From a bacterium (GTDB taxonomy: Bacteria > Bdellovibrionota_B > Oligoflexia > Oligoflexales > CAIYRB01), in assembly GCA_900299215.1 (NCBI GenBank), contig OMIY01000451.1, positions 1 to 49,326 of the forward strand: a stretch of 49,326 nt of DNA, in the 5' to 3' direction. The notes under the pieces are model-generated. The model saw nothing but the letters and a program-made list of their open reading frames with translations, searched no databases and was not told the DNA's origin. Positions within the stretch are counted from its first letter, which is position 1. Each line of letters begins with the position of its first letter. Both the position numbers and the translations under genes were made by a program. Below are positions 18,075 through 28,053 of this stretch, piece by piece.

Positions 18075-18188
18075 GCGTCCACTTCGTGATATCTTAAAAG
18101 AAAGTCCACACATTACCGCTTTGCGCTTGGCCTTCAGAGGGGTCATGCGACCGTAAATTGCAGACCAGATGTCCTTAGCCACCGCCTA

Positions 18189-18782
18189 TTGATAAGGTTT
18201 CCTGGCATGACTCATGGGGTTACGCAACTGGATCCTTTTGGATTGGAACAACTGCGCACCTTGGCCTATGCCTACTACGAGCGGTTTTTGCCACATTTTT
18301 TAAATCAACCTGAAGGGTCAATGGTCGAACCAGCAACCATTGAATTTTCGAATCGCATGAAGCAAAAACTTGGTCTCGCCTTTCTTTTTGAGCATAAGAT
18401 CCGGTTAAATTTGCCTTATTTCCGATCAGACCCAAGCTTATTACCATACACTCTATTTCATGAAATGACCCACTTGTGGCTTTATGACTGCCTGCTTGAC
18501 CCTGGTCATACCCATCGATTTTACAAAAAAATGAGAGAGTTTGATGGTACGGGTCTGCCAGTGGATCCTGATGTCCATGTTCATAGTCGCGTGGCTGCCG
18601 AGGGCAAGTTCGTGTATAGTTGCCCTAATTGCAAGAATCGATGGTACTTGCGTGACCAGTTAAAATATTCAATTTACTGTGGTCACTGCTTTGATAGAGA
18701 AGGAATCGAATATTTTGCTGAAGGCTTGAGGGTTCCGGCCCGCCATGAAGGATCTGCGACAGATACTAATACTGCTGCGTAG
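18189..18782 (+). CDS. SprT-like zinc metalloprotease-domain protein with a C-terminal zinc ribbon
   Basis: HEMTHLW (HExxH) plus CPNC...17 aa...CGHC. An alternative start is ATG 18207. Confidence 0.7.
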   Translation: MIRFPGMTHGVTQLDPFGLEQLRTLAYAYYERFLPHFLNQPEGSMVEPATIEFSNRMKQKLGLAFLFEHKIRLNLPYFRSDPSLLPYTLFHEMTHLWLYDCLLDPGHTHRFYKKMREFDGTGLPVDPDVHVHSRVAAEGKFVYSCPNCKNRWYLRDQLKYSIYCGHCFDREGIEYFAEGLRVPARHEGSATDTNTAA

Positions 18783-19911
18783 AGCTTCATCTGGATCATG
18801 CTCCAACGAGAGGACCAAACAGTTGTCATTACTGCGTCAACATATAAAAACGACCGTTCTCGCGGGTATTGCCCTGCTTCAGGCTTCGACCTCCACGGCC
18901 CAAGTCAGCTTCGTCGACCAAGCACAAATGTTCACGAAGGTGCCTTTTATATCGCCGTCCAACTTTGCGGACTCAGTGCTTGCCGATCAACGCAAGGCTG
19001 GCGCAATAAGGACCTTTTGCACAGAAGTTCGCAAGTATTTTCGCAAATACAAATGGCCCGACGATCCGTGTGGTAACGTCCGCTGGCAGGCGGAACTGCA
19101 CACTAAGTCTGGACATCCGCTGATTTACGCCGAATTCGGTAGCGGGCAGGAAACAACGCTGCTTTTGGGTGGAGTGCACTCAGACGAATTGACGCCCATC
19201 CATCTTGCCTTCAGATTTGCCAGATATCTCAATGACAACAGTGGCTTGCTCGGGACCAATGCGCACGTGATCTTGGCGCCCCTTGTAAATCCAGATGGAT
19301 TCATGAGAACTCGGCCAACGCGAACTAATTTGAACGGCATCGATCTCAATCGAAACTTCTTCACTGCTGACTGGTACGATAAAGCAAGGAGAGTGTGGCA
19401 AGTTGACCGCAAACGAGTCCTTGCTCACTTCCCTGGGTACTTTCCCAACTCTGAGGTTGAAACAATTTTCCAGATTCAGCTCATTGACCGTTTCCGCCCT
19501 GATAAGATTCTTTCCGTCCACGCTCCACTTGGTTTTTTGGATTATGACGGTCCAGGATCGGGAATCTTAAGGCCTCTAACCTCGACTGAACGCAAAGCCA
19601 AACGATTGGTTAAGGCAATCTCAGAGAGCTCCCAAAACTACAAGGTTGTTGACTATACATTTTACCCGGGCTCTCTAGGAAACTATGCAGGTAACGAGCG
19701 GCACATCCCAACCGTAACCTTGGAACTTCAAACTACTCAGCCACAGATGGTAGACGCATATTGGCGCCAATTTCAGCCAGGCATTACTCAGGCCGTGCAG
19801 TATCCATTCGCGAGACTACCGCAACTCGAGGGCCAAGAAGAGGCAGGGAACGCCACCTCGTTCTCTGATCAGTATACCTACGTTGCCAAAAACCCGGGCA
19901 CACCGGATTAA
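18745..19911 (+). CDS. Secreted M14-family zinc carboxypeptidase / murein-peptide amidase (MpaA-like)
   Basis: Signal-like region ...VLAGIALLQASTSTAQV. GGVHSDELT (HxxE zinc ligands), NPDG, DLNRNF and a later SVHAP histidine. It overlaps the SprT-like gene by 38 nt as annotated. Confidence 0.75.
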   Translation: MKDLRQILILLRRASSGSCSNERTKQLSLLRQHIKTTVLAGIALLQASTSTAQVSFVDQAQMFTKVPFISPSNFADSVLADQRKAGAIRTFCTEVRKYFRKYKWPDDPCGNVRWQAELHTKSGHPLIYAEFGSGQETTLLLGGVHSDELTPIHLAFRFARYLNDNSGLLGTNAHVILAPLVNPDGFMRTRPTRTNLNGIDLNRNFFTADWYDKARRVWQVDRKRVLAHFPGYFPNSEVETIFQIQLIDRFRPDKILSVHAPLGFLDYDGPGSGILRPLTSTERKAKRLVKAISESSQNYKVVDYTFYPGSLGNYAGNERHIPTVTLELQTTQPQMVDAYWRQFQPGITQAVQYPFARLPQLEGQEEAGNATSFSDQYTYVAKNPGTPD

Positions 19912-19928
19912 CGCGTCAGGTAGTCTCA

Positions 19929-21254
19929 CTAGATTTTTCGAATGGATAAAGGCTCTGGGCACGTACTATCAGATTTGGCTGGTGCGCCAAGTCTTAACCA
20001 GAAATCCCAGGGGTGTTCACCTTTCTCTAAGCCAGATACTTCGAAATACATCCCGTTTCGGCCTGGAGCATCAACTCCTTCTCCACTCCACCCCATAGTA
20101 TCTCTGACGGAACTCACATCTTCGACAAAAAATGGGAAAAATCCTTTCTCAACTAGTGAGCGCTCGATCCCAATATCCATAGCTAGAATTTGTCCCATCA
20201 GATCTATTGTGTATCTATACATACAGGTCTCACCTCGGCAGAATCTGAGTCCAACTTCGGCCAAGTTTTTTGTCCCGAGTTTGATTAAATGAGGGTCAAG
20301 CCTTGGCATTAAAACCTCTGCTTTGCCTAACTTTGCGGTAGTCGAGGATTTCCAACTGTAAAGAATACCGCTGCCGTAATGCAGATATTTATTCGCATCC
20401 ACAGGTAAATTTAGAAGCATTGGGATATGACCAGAATCCAGGAAAAACCCAACATCGGTCGCTAAGCTCATTTTAATTTTTAAGAATAAGACCCTAAGAA
20501 AAAATGAAACTCGCGCCAAACTTGCTACGGGCCCGATCCTTTTCTCCTCCAATTTTGACTCTATGTGTCGTGAGTCAAAATGCATGGTGAAAAAATGCTT
20601 GGCATCGGCCCGAATGAGCATTCGGGAGTCACTGGCGATTTCCTCCCATATTCCATCCTTGCGCCTGAATTTTATGGTATCGAACAACATGTAATTGGCT
20701 GTGTTGAACTTATAAACATACCGCTCACTTTGAAGCTGCGCCTGGGTCTCATCATAAGCCACGGTAATCTTGGATTCTTGGTTAGTGCCGTGACCCAAAT
20801 CATCGCAAAATGCAAGGTAGGCAAAGGTCTGGCTGCGATCTCGCTGGATTTCGAAGATTTGATTGGCCTTACAAGGCCCAGACTGATTTGGATTAGTAGC
20901 TTTAGCGCCAAAATCTTCAACTTTAAAAGTAACTAGGTCTTGCCCCTTAATGGAACTCCTTATATTGCTGTTTTCATTATCAAAAACCAACCTTCCGCGG
21001 TCGTCGACTGAGTCAATTTGGAATGGGATCTCCAGCCATTTTTGGCCCATTCCCGCAGGCTTTGCAGCAAACAGGCGCAAAGCCTCCCGCTTGGCATTAA
21101 CGTCATGAGGCAGTTGACCAATGAAGATTGCTCCGGGACAGGCAAGGACTTGGCTGCAGAACAAGGCTCCCAAAACCAAGAAGACCCTCGACAAATAAGT
21201 ACTGCCAAGGCTATAGGAGCGCCGGAAGTTACGATATTCCTTCGCAATCATCAT
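19929..21254 (-). CDS. Hypothetical secreted protein (441 aa)
   Basis: N-terminal signal peptide (…VFLVLGALFCSQVLA). No recognisable motifs. Confidence 0.5.
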   Translation of the reverse strand: MMIAKEYRNFRRSYSLGSTYLSRVFLVLGALFCSQVLACPGAIFIGQLPHDVNAKREALRLFAAKPAGMGQKWLEIPFQIDSVDDRGRLVFDNENSNIRSSIKGQDLVTFKVEDFGAKATNPNQSGPCKANQIFEIQRDRSQTFAYLAFCDDLGHGTNQESKITVAYDETQAQLQSERYVYKFNTANYMLFDTIKFRRKDGIWEEIASDSRMLIRADAKHFFTMHFDSRHIESKLEEKRIGPVASLARVSFFLRVLFLKIKMSLATDVGFFLDSGHIPMLLNLPVDANKYLHYGSGILYSWKSSTTAKLGKAEVLMPRLDPHLIKLGTKNLAEVGLRFCRGETCMYRYTIDLMGQILAMDIGIERSLVEKGFFPFFVEDVSSVRDTMGWSGEGVDAPGRNGMYFEVSGLEKGEHPWDFWLRLGAPAKSDSTCPEPLSIRKI

Positions 21255-21269
21255 TCGAGGTCCCTACCA

Positions 21270-22409
21270 GTGGAGCACAAAAGCCATTCCGATCTTTTGC
21301 TAAAGCTTAACGACTTCGACTACCCGTGTCCGCAGCACCTCATAGCTCAAGAACCTATAGCAGATCGCAGTGCTTCTCGACTTCTGGTCAGATACCCAGA
21401 CGGCTCCACCAAAGATTTGCATGTGTCTGATCTTACAACAGAACTATCTCCCAACTCCCTATTAATTTTCAATGAATCCAGAGTGTTCCCGAGTCGAGTT
21501 CTTGGTCAACTTGGTACCGGGGGGAGTATCGAAATTTTTCTTTTGAGAGAAATTTGTGACGCGGAATCTCCGACTAAAAGCGTGTGGGAAGCCCTCGGTC
21601 GGCCAATGAAAAAGTTGAAGCCAAATACTGTGGTTCACTTTAACCCAAATTTAACTGCCACTATTATGGCTCGCTACGATGACAATGCAGGCAACGGGCT
21701 AGTGAAACTCGCCTTTGACGTAAAGTCTAATGAATTTCATGATTGGCTTGAACGTTTTGGATACGTCCCGTTACCGCCGTACATCAAGAGAGTTAACCCC
21801 ACACAGGCTGAAAATTCCCCTGATAAAGCAAGATATCAGACAGTATATGCTCGTGAGACAGGCTCAGTCGCGGCCCCAACCGCAGGCCTTCACTTCACCA
21901 GTGAGCTTTTGGAAAACCTAAAGAATCAGGGGGTCGAGCTGCGATTCGTCTCGCTGCATGTCGGGGCAGGAACCTTTTTACCCGTTAAAACGGAAAATAT
22001 CGCTGATCATGTGATGCATTCCGAGCTGTATAAAGTTGGAGCCGAAACTGCAGCAGCCATAATTGCAGCAAAAAGAGACGGCAGAAAAGTCATTGCTGTC
22101 GGGACTACAACTTTTCGAAGCCTAGAGTCTCTTTACCAAATCGCTTCAGGAGATCCCGAAAAATTTACACAACTCGCGAATCATTGGCATTCGACTGACT
22201 TGTTCTTACGCCCCCAGAGTAATGGCGACACCTACACTCCATGGGTCATCGATGGACTTTTTACTAACTTCCATCAACCATGCTCCACTTTGTTTATGCT
22301 GATCTCAGCAATTATCGGGCTGGAAGCCGCCAAAGCGACATACGCAACGGCTGTATCTCGTGAATACCGCCTCTTTAGTTACGGTGACGCTAATTTATTA
22401 TGGCTTTAG
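21270..22409 (+). CDS. queA: S-adenosylmethionine:tRNA ribosyltransferase-isomerase QueA
   Basis: F(D)Y.LP..LIAQ.P...R..SRLLV start, LPPYIKR, YQTVYA, GSVAAPTAGLHFT and GTTTFRSLES motifs. The start is moved to GTG 21270 (GAGG 9 nt upstream). The track's 5' extension from 21018 overlaps the opposite-strand gene and has no QueA similarity. Confidence 0.85.
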   Translation: MEHKSHSDLLLKLNDFDYPCPQHLIAQEPIADRSASRLLVRYPDGSTKDLHVSDLTTELSPNSLLIFNESRVFPSRVLGQLGTGGSIEIFLLREICDAESPTKSVWEALGRPMKKLKPNTVVHFNPNLTATIMARYDDNAGNGLVKLAFDVKSNEFHDWLERFGYVPLPPYIKRVNPTQAENSPDKARYQTVYARETGSVAAPTAGLHFTSELLENLKNQGVELRFVSLHVGAGTFLPVKTENIADHVMHSELYKVGAETAAAIIAAKRDGRKVIAVGTTTFRSLESLYQIASGDPEKFTQLANHWHSTDLFLRPQSNGDTYTPWVIDGLFTNFHQPCSTLFMLISAIIGLEAAKATYATAVSREYRLFSYGDANLLWL

Positions 22410-23035
22410 GAGCCTTTGCGCCGTTCTAAAATTTTTACCAATAATTGAAGATCTTCGAGCTGTTGACGAAGCGCTTTAATTTCTAAATCACGACCAGCAA
22501 GTACCGCTTCGAGGGTCTCTAGTTTGCTTTTAAACTTTTCAACTGTGCGCCGTTCGTTGTCAGAAATCTTCCGCAGCGTCGCCTCACAATAGGCAAGTAA
22601 CGCCCTTGTATCCACTAAGGAGGCTTCTTGAGACAACAAGGGTCGAGTAAGTGACCCTGGAACTACCATTTCGCCAGCTCTCTGTGAACATTCAAACTCA
22701 GTCGACGCTTGTGGTGCGGTTGCTTTAAAGCCAATTTGACTTTGCTTTACAACTACCGGCTCTGAAACCAGAGGGACCTGTGGACGCTGAAAAGACAGCT
22801 TTGGATCCGCAACGCTATCACGTTGCATATCCGCCACCAAAGCCCTTTCCGGTGCCCGTCGCTCCACCAAAGTACTCTGCCTCTGGCCATTTGAGTTACC
22901 AGACACAGGAATAAAGTATTTTCCATCCTGGAGGATGGCGTGTAATTTACCGGTCTTGATACGACGCCGAATTGTCATATCAGACACTTTAAACGTACGT
23001 GCGTACTCGACGATTGATAGCCACTGTTCAGTCAT
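22406..23035 (-). CDS. Excisionase/MerR-type helix-turn-helix protein with a C-terminal coiled coil
   Basis: N-terminal LSIVEYARTFKVSDMTIRRRIKTGKLHAI... is a classic HTH_17-like motif. The C-terminal ~70 aa is heptad-like (LETLEAVLAGRDLEIKALRQQLEDLQLLVKILE). Confidence 0.6.
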   Translation of the reverse strand: MTEQWLSIVEYARTFKVSDMTIRRRIKTGKLHAILQDGKYFIPVSGNSNGQRQSTLVERRAPERALVADMQRDSVADPKLSFQRPQVPLVSEPVVVKQSQIGFKATAPQASTEFECSQRAGEMVVPGSLTRPLLSQEASLVDTRALLAYCEATLRKISDNERRTVEKFKSKLETLEAVLAGRDLEIKALRQQLEDLQLLVKILERRKGS

Positions 23036-23175
23036 CGAACATCCCCATTTCCTGCCTCTATGGATAGCCTGGACATCAAACTGATGCCAAAATCCATATG
23101 TTTAAGTTTACCAATCACCATCACCACTCAAAACCCCGTCAACTCATTGACAAATAGGCATTTCATGCCCACCCA

Positions 23176-25530
23176 CTAGAACAAATCTTCGTTTTCCTTC
23201 AGATGATCCGGAATCCCAGGAAGAGCTGTCATGGCTGGCTTTTTAAGATAAAGGCGAGAATAAGCATCAAAACTTCTTACGACTTCTCTGACATAGCGAC
23301 GTGTTTCAAAATATGGTATCGAATCGACAAACTCGTCAGCCGCACAATCACGGCAAGTTGCTAACCATTGGTTCACGGCGTGAGGACCTGCATTATAAGC
23401 CGCCGCTGCAAGGAATGGATTGTCCCCATAATAACGCAAAAGTCGATCCAAGTAATAAAGGCCGTAGCCAATGTTTATTTCTGGTTCTGTCACCTCTCGA
23501 ATATCAAACTCCTCATCGTGCAAAAGAGTCGCAATCTTTAGCGCAGTATAGGGCATGAGCTGCATCAAACCCGTGGCTCCGACAGGTGAGCGTGCCTCTT
23601 TATTGTAGAGGCTCTCTGATCGCATAATACTCAAAACGAGGAACGGACTTAGCTCCATATGATTTGCCATTGGCACAACGATTCGCTCATACGCTAACGG
23701 ATAATAGACCTTCCACTCATCCTCAAACTGCGACTGACTTAGAATCAATTCATCCCAGCTTGATGGAATCTTTCTCAAACCAGTAAAAGTGGTATAGCGG
23801 ATATTTCGAGAAGGTCGGTAATCATCAAGCTCACCTGAAAGTTTCGTAATTGCTGCAAAAGCGCCAATTTTGTCAAATCCAGCCCATTTAAGTTTACTAA
23901 GTTGAGCCGCAGCAGCATCTCTAAGACCGACATTGCGCAACTCAGCAATTAATTTCAAATCTGGGCGCACTTCGGAGTTGTTGTTTATACCAGCCCTAGC
24001 TGCCAACGACTTTGCTGCAAGGGAGATAGCAGTAGGGTGCTCCTCATCGTTTACCAGTGAGGCGCTGACACCGCTATCACCTTGGCCCTGCTTTGTCAGC
24101 TCTGGATGACGAATAGCAGCCATCGTGCCGTAGAATGAATTACCGTGAAACTTGAGAACTTCCGCAAAGAGTGCGCGCGCCTCGTCGTGACGACCAAGTT
24201 GCTCTAAGATGCGACCATGCCAGTATTTAATGATGTACTGCTGATCTCCCTCGCGAGGCGTCACATAACCAGGTCGATCGAGCATACTAAGTGCTTCCGA
24301 GTATTGCCTGCTACGGTATAAATTCCAAAACCGCATCCACCTGAGTGTGGGTGTGTCACGGCGATCTAAAGAAAGCCCATAATTCTCTGCTGCTGCACGA
24401 ATTTCTCCGCTGTAACGCAAAGAGTCGCCTAAAAGCTCCTGTGCCCGGCTTCTGTGCAGATCTTTTGGTTTCTCGTACATAAAATCAGTAAGGACTCTGA
24501 CGGCTTTGAGCGGCTGAAAAACACGTAGACTGACTTTTGCCAAATCCATAACAAAGCCAGGATATATTTTTGAATCTTTGACATCTTTTTCTTTGCTTAC
24601 TAGTTCATCTAACTCTCTAAGCGCCAGGTCAAAAAGGCGGGAATCAGTGAAGAATTTTGCTCTCTCTTGACTGCTTTTAATTCTTACCAAACCGTTATTA
24701 TCTACCGTGGGTCGAAGCTGAGCGGCCGCTATAAAATCACTCAAACCATTACCCAAGACCACATTCTTGCTTAGTCTCTGAAGAAGTTTGTCTGAAAAGT
24801 TATATCTACCATCTGTTGCAGGCCGACAGGTCGCGTCTTCTAGTTTACGGAAGGCCCAACGAGATTCTGGCGTCGCGGGATAATTAGCTGCCAAGCCCTC
24901 CAATAATTCAAAATTTACTGGCTTATCAGCCGTCTTTTCCTCTGCTTCATAGGCCATTTTTGCTAACACTTCTTGACGCCTGCTAAAAGTGTAGCGCTTG
25001 CTAAACTCACTGAAAGCTACGGCAAGTTGGTCAAAATCCCCGTCAGCATGATAACTCTCAATCAGAAGGCTTTGGACTCTCTTGTTCCAAGCATCGCCGA
25101 ACTCATGGATTGATAAACTGCGTAATATATCGATCGTTTCTTTATACGATCCACCTCGAAACTTGGCCTCAGCTAGGTAGTACTCAATGATAGGGTGCAA
25201 AGAATCTTTTGCCGTCAAACCTAAATCAGCTGATGTCAGAAACTGCAGGGCAACGCGCGGGTTTTTGTCCATGTATTGGACCCCTAACGCCAGTGCCAGT
25301 AAGCGTTTCTCATATTCGTCTTTAGCCTGCGAGTAATTTGCATGCAAATCCACCGTAAATGAAAGCTGCCGAGCACGCTCTTGAGATCGCATCTTGTTGA
25401 TAAAATCGAGCATCATCGCCTCTCGACCACTAGCTAGGACGGGCTGCGTCAAAAAAGCAGCCCCCGTAGCTAGCATCAAAATGAAGCGTCTTACCCTTAC
25501 CAAAAGAGCCTCCGTTGGGTTGGAAATCAA
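23176..25530 (-). CDS. slt: Soluble lytic murein transglycosylase (Slt70-like)
   Basis: Signal peptide and a long helical-repeat N-terminal region. The C-terminal SLT domain has MRSESLYNKEARSPVGATGLMQLMPYTA and AAYNAGP. Confidence 0.85.
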   Translation of the reverse strand: MISNPTEALLVRVRRFILMLATGAAFLTQPVLASGREAMMLDFINKMRSQERARQLSFTVDLHANYSQAKDEYEKRLLALALGVQYMDKNPRVALQFLTSADLGLTAKDSLHPIIEYYLAEAKFRGGSYKETIDILRSLSIHEFGDAWNKRVQSLLIESYHADGDFDQLAVAFSEFSKRYTFSRRQEVLAKMAYEAEEKTADKPVNFELLEGLAANYPATPESRWAFRKLEDATCRPATDGRYNFSDKLLQRLSKNVVLGNGLSDFIAAAQLRPTVDNNGLVRIKSSQERAKFFTDSRLFDLALRELDELVSKEKDVKDSKIYPGFVMDLAKVSLRVFQPLKAVRVLTDFMYEKPKDLHRSRAQELLGDSLRYSGEIRAAAENYGLSLDRRDTPTLRWMRFWNLYRSRQYSEALSMLDRPGYVTPREGDQQYIIKYWHGRILEQLGRHDEARALFAEVLKFHGNSFYGTMAAIRHPELTKQGQGDSGVSASLVNDEEHPTAISLAAKSLAARAGINNNSEVRPDLKLIAELRNVGLRDAAAAQLSKLKWAGFDKIGAFAAITKLSGELDDYRPSRNIRYTTFTGLRKIPSSWDELILSQSQFEDEWKVYYPLAYERIVVPMANHMELSPFLVLSIMRSESLYNKEARSPVGATGLMQLMPYTALKIATLLHDEEFDIREVTEPEINIGYGLYYLDRLLRYYGDNPFLAAAAYNAGPHAVNQWLATCRDCAADEFVDSIPYFETRRYVREVVRSFDAYSRLYLKKPAMTALPGIPDHLKENEDLF

Positions 25531-25603
25531 ACACGACCCCCCGGAGTCCCTTTCGTCACAAATGTAGGAAATCTTTAGCGGATTACCTGCGGAGCAAAAG
25601 TCA

Positions 25604-28051
25604 TCAGCTAAAAGTTAAGACCGGTTGCCCGTCTTTGATATCCACCTTGAGAGCATGCTTACCCGTGGTCCGAGGTTTAAGCAGAAGATTCGCAATAGGA
25701 TTTTCGAGCAATATTTCGATTTGTCTACGAAGCGGTCGTGCACCAAATCGGTTGTTATCAAAACTTTTCATCAAGTACTGTGTGATGGCGGGTGATAGCT
25801 GTAAGTCAATCTCGAGCCTAGCCGTTCGTTTCTGCAAATCCTTCAACTGCAAACTTAATATCTGCTGCAACTCATTAAACCCCAACTTTTCAAACACAAT
25901 AATTTCATCGAGTCGATTTATAAACTCTGGACGCAAAAACTGCCGAACTCCATCCATTATCGCTGCATTATGCTCCGCTGCGCTTGGTGTGTTGGCTTGA
26001 GCACCTATTCCAACCGGTCGACGATCTTCAGAGATCACCTCTGATCCTAAGTTGGAAGTTCCTACAATAATACAATTACGGAAGCTAACTTTGTTTCCCT
26101 CAGCGTCTGTAAGCCAGCCTTCATCAAGAACCTGCAAAAGGATGTTGTAGACATCTGGGTGAGCTTTTTCAAATTCGTCGAAAAGCACTATCGAGTAAGG
26201 TTGACGCCGAACCTTTTCCGTTAATTGTCCACCTTCTCCATATCCAACATAGCCTGGAGGAGCTCCAATTAACTTTGAAACCGCATGCTTTTCCATAAAC
26301 TCCGACATATCGAATCGGATAATTTTAGACTCGTCATCTAACAAGATCGAAGCCAAGGCCTTTACTAATTCCGTCTTACCTACCCCAGTAGGACCCAAAA
26401 AGAGAAAGGATGCTACTGGTCTAGTGCTACCGCGTATGCCTGCGCGATTGCGTCTCACAGCGTTTGCCACCGCAGAGACTGCCAGAGATTGACCTATGAC
26501 CCGTTCAGATAGCATCGCTTCTAAGCGGTCTAGTTTGTGGGCCTCATCTTCCAGAACTTTATGCGCTGGAATACCCGTGGCTCTTGCTATAACTGACGCG
26601 ACATCAGAAGCATCTACTTTAGTCTCTGACTCCGAATAAATTTTCTGGTGCTTTTCTCGAGCGATCTTTAGCTCGTCTTCTAGTTGCGAGAGTTGCATCT
26701 GAAAATCAGCCATTTTTTCGAAATCTCTTTGATCAAATGACTGTGTTTTCTTTTCGGAAAGTGCTTGTTTTTTTGCCTCTAATTTTCTCAATTCGGGGGC
26801 AATGGTAACTAACTGAAGACGCTTGGCTGCGCCAGCTTCGTCGATAAGATCTATTGCCTTGTCTGGTAGAAATCTCTCTGTCAGATATCGGTCTGAAAGT
26901 TCTACAGCAGCCTTTATGGCGGCCTCGGTGTATTCAACCTTATGATGAGATTCATAGCGAGACTTCAGCCCTTCAACGATCCTACACGTTTCTACAACAC
27001 TTGGCTGTTCCACTCTCACAGGTTGGAATCGACGCTCCAAAGCTTTATCTGACTGTATATACTGTTTGAACTCCTTGAGCGTTGTCGCTCCGATGCACTG
27101 TAACTGTCCTCGCGCCAACACCGGCTTAAGCATATTGGAGGCGTCAAGTCCTCCTCCTGATCTACCCGCCCCGACGACTGTATGTAGCTCGTCGATGAAA
27201 AGTATTGTTTCACCGTGAGAATCAACAATTTCGTCTATCACCTTTTTCAGACGCTCTTCAAATTCACCCTGCATCTTTGCGCCAGCAATTAGCGCACTTA
27301 TTTCAAGCGACACCACTTTTTTACCAAGCAAATAATCCGGCACTTTGGCTTCAACTATTGCCTGAGCCAGACCCTCTACGATCACTGTTTTGCCTACTCC
27401 TGGCTCACCGATTAATACTGGGTTGTTCTTCTTGCGCCGCGAGAGAATTTCAATAACCCGGTTAATTTCAGAGTCCCTACCTATCACGGGGTCAAGTTCT
27501 CGACGACGCGCAAGTGAAGTTAAATCAGAAGTATATTGATCTAGAGTATACTGCTGCGATTCGGATTCCTTTTTGCTTATCTTAGTCTGGCCTCTCAAAG
27601 TTAATAGGGCGCCTCTGCAAGACTCATAACTTAAACCCAATTGGTTAAGTAGTCGGGAGGCGCCAGGGACGGAGGTATCAAAGCAGCCAAGGAACAACGC
27701 ACCAGTGGAAATATAAGTATCGGTCAGTTTTCGCCTCTCCTGATCGGCAGCCTTAAAAAGGTTATTAACTTCTTCCGAAATCTGGATACCTGCGGACTGG
27801 TGGGGAGGCAACTCCGGAAGAGACTGAGCGAGAGTTAATGCATAATCGGCAATCTCGCGCCTGATAAAGCCACTATCAAGTTTTTGCTCATCGAGAATTT
27901 TGAGTACCAATGAATCTTGCTGATCAAGCAAGGCCATTAAAATAAATTCGGCCGTTAATAGGCTTTTGCGGAGATTGGCCAACTCAACTAATGCGGCCTG
28001 AACAGCCTCCCCAACCTTTACAGTAGAGTTTCTGATGTACCGTTGCGGCAT
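25604..28051 (-). CDS. Class I Clp/Hsp100 AAA+ ATPase, ClpC/ClpA-type (two NBDs, short middle domain)
   Basis: Clp-N repeats. NBD1 has GEPGVGKT and [11 protein letters not shown]2 has GPTGVGKTE and [10 protein letters not shown]. The linker between NBDs is ~110 aa (ClpC-like rather than ClpB-like). A putative ClpP-docking loop reads RRPVGIGAQ. Confidence 0.85.
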   Translation of the reverse strand: MPQRYIRNSTVKVGEAVQAALVELANLRKSLLTAEFILMALLDQQDSLVLKILDEQKLDSGFIRREIADYALTLAQSLPELPPHQSAGIQISEEVNNLFKAADQERRKLTDTYISTGALFLGCFDTSVPGASRLLNQLGLSYESCRGALLTLRGQTKISKKESESQQYTLDQYTSDLTSLARRRELDPVIGRDSEINRVIEILSRRKKNNPVLIGEPGVGKTVIVEGLAQAIVEAKVPDYLLGKKVVSLEISALIAGAKMQGEFEERLKKVIDEIVDSHGETILFIDELHTVVGAGRSGGGLDASNMLKPVLARGQLQCIGATTLKEFKQYIQSDKALERRFQPVRVEQPSVVETCRIVEGLKSRYESHHKVEYTEAAIKAAVELSDRYLTERFLPDKAIDLIDEAGAAKRLQLVTIAPELRKLEAKKQALSEKKTQSFDQRDFEKMADFQMQLSQLEDELKIAREKHQKIYSESETKVDASDVASVIARATGIPAHKVLEDEAHKLDRLEAMLSERVIGQSLAVSAVANAVRRNRAGIRGSTRPVASFLFLGPTGVGKTELVKALASILLDDESKIIRFDMSEFMEKHAVSKLIGAPPGYVGYGEGGQLTEKVRRQPYSIVLFDEFEKAHPDVYNILLQVLDEGWLTDAEGNKVSFRNCIIVGTSNLGSEVISEDRRPVGIGAQANTPSAAEHNAAIMDGVRQFLRPEFINRLDEIIVFEKLGFNELQQILSLQLKDLQKRTARLEIDLQLSPAITQYLMKSFDNNRFGARPLRRQIEILLENPIANLLLKPRTTGKHALKVDIKDGQPVLTFS

Positions 28052-28053
28052 AT

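Noticed and set aside
17964-18182. 72 aa basic minus-strand ORF partly in the luxEC/sprT intergenic region
   Set aside because: Half of it is antisense to the LuxC-like C-terminus. No SD, and no similarity to small basic ribosomal proteins that I can recognise.
21018-21269. 5' extension of the queA ORF (84 codons from TTG 21018)
   Set aside because: It overlaps the N-terminus of the opposite-strand secreted protein and has no QueA similarity. QueA homology begins right after GTG 21270, which has a GAGG SD.
25515-26000. 161 aa plus-strand ORF spanning the slt/clp intergenic region and the clp 3' end
   Set aside because: Most of it is antisense to the conserved ClpC C-terminal domain. The translation is Cys/Ser/Arg-rich nonsense-like. 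TTG start without SD.
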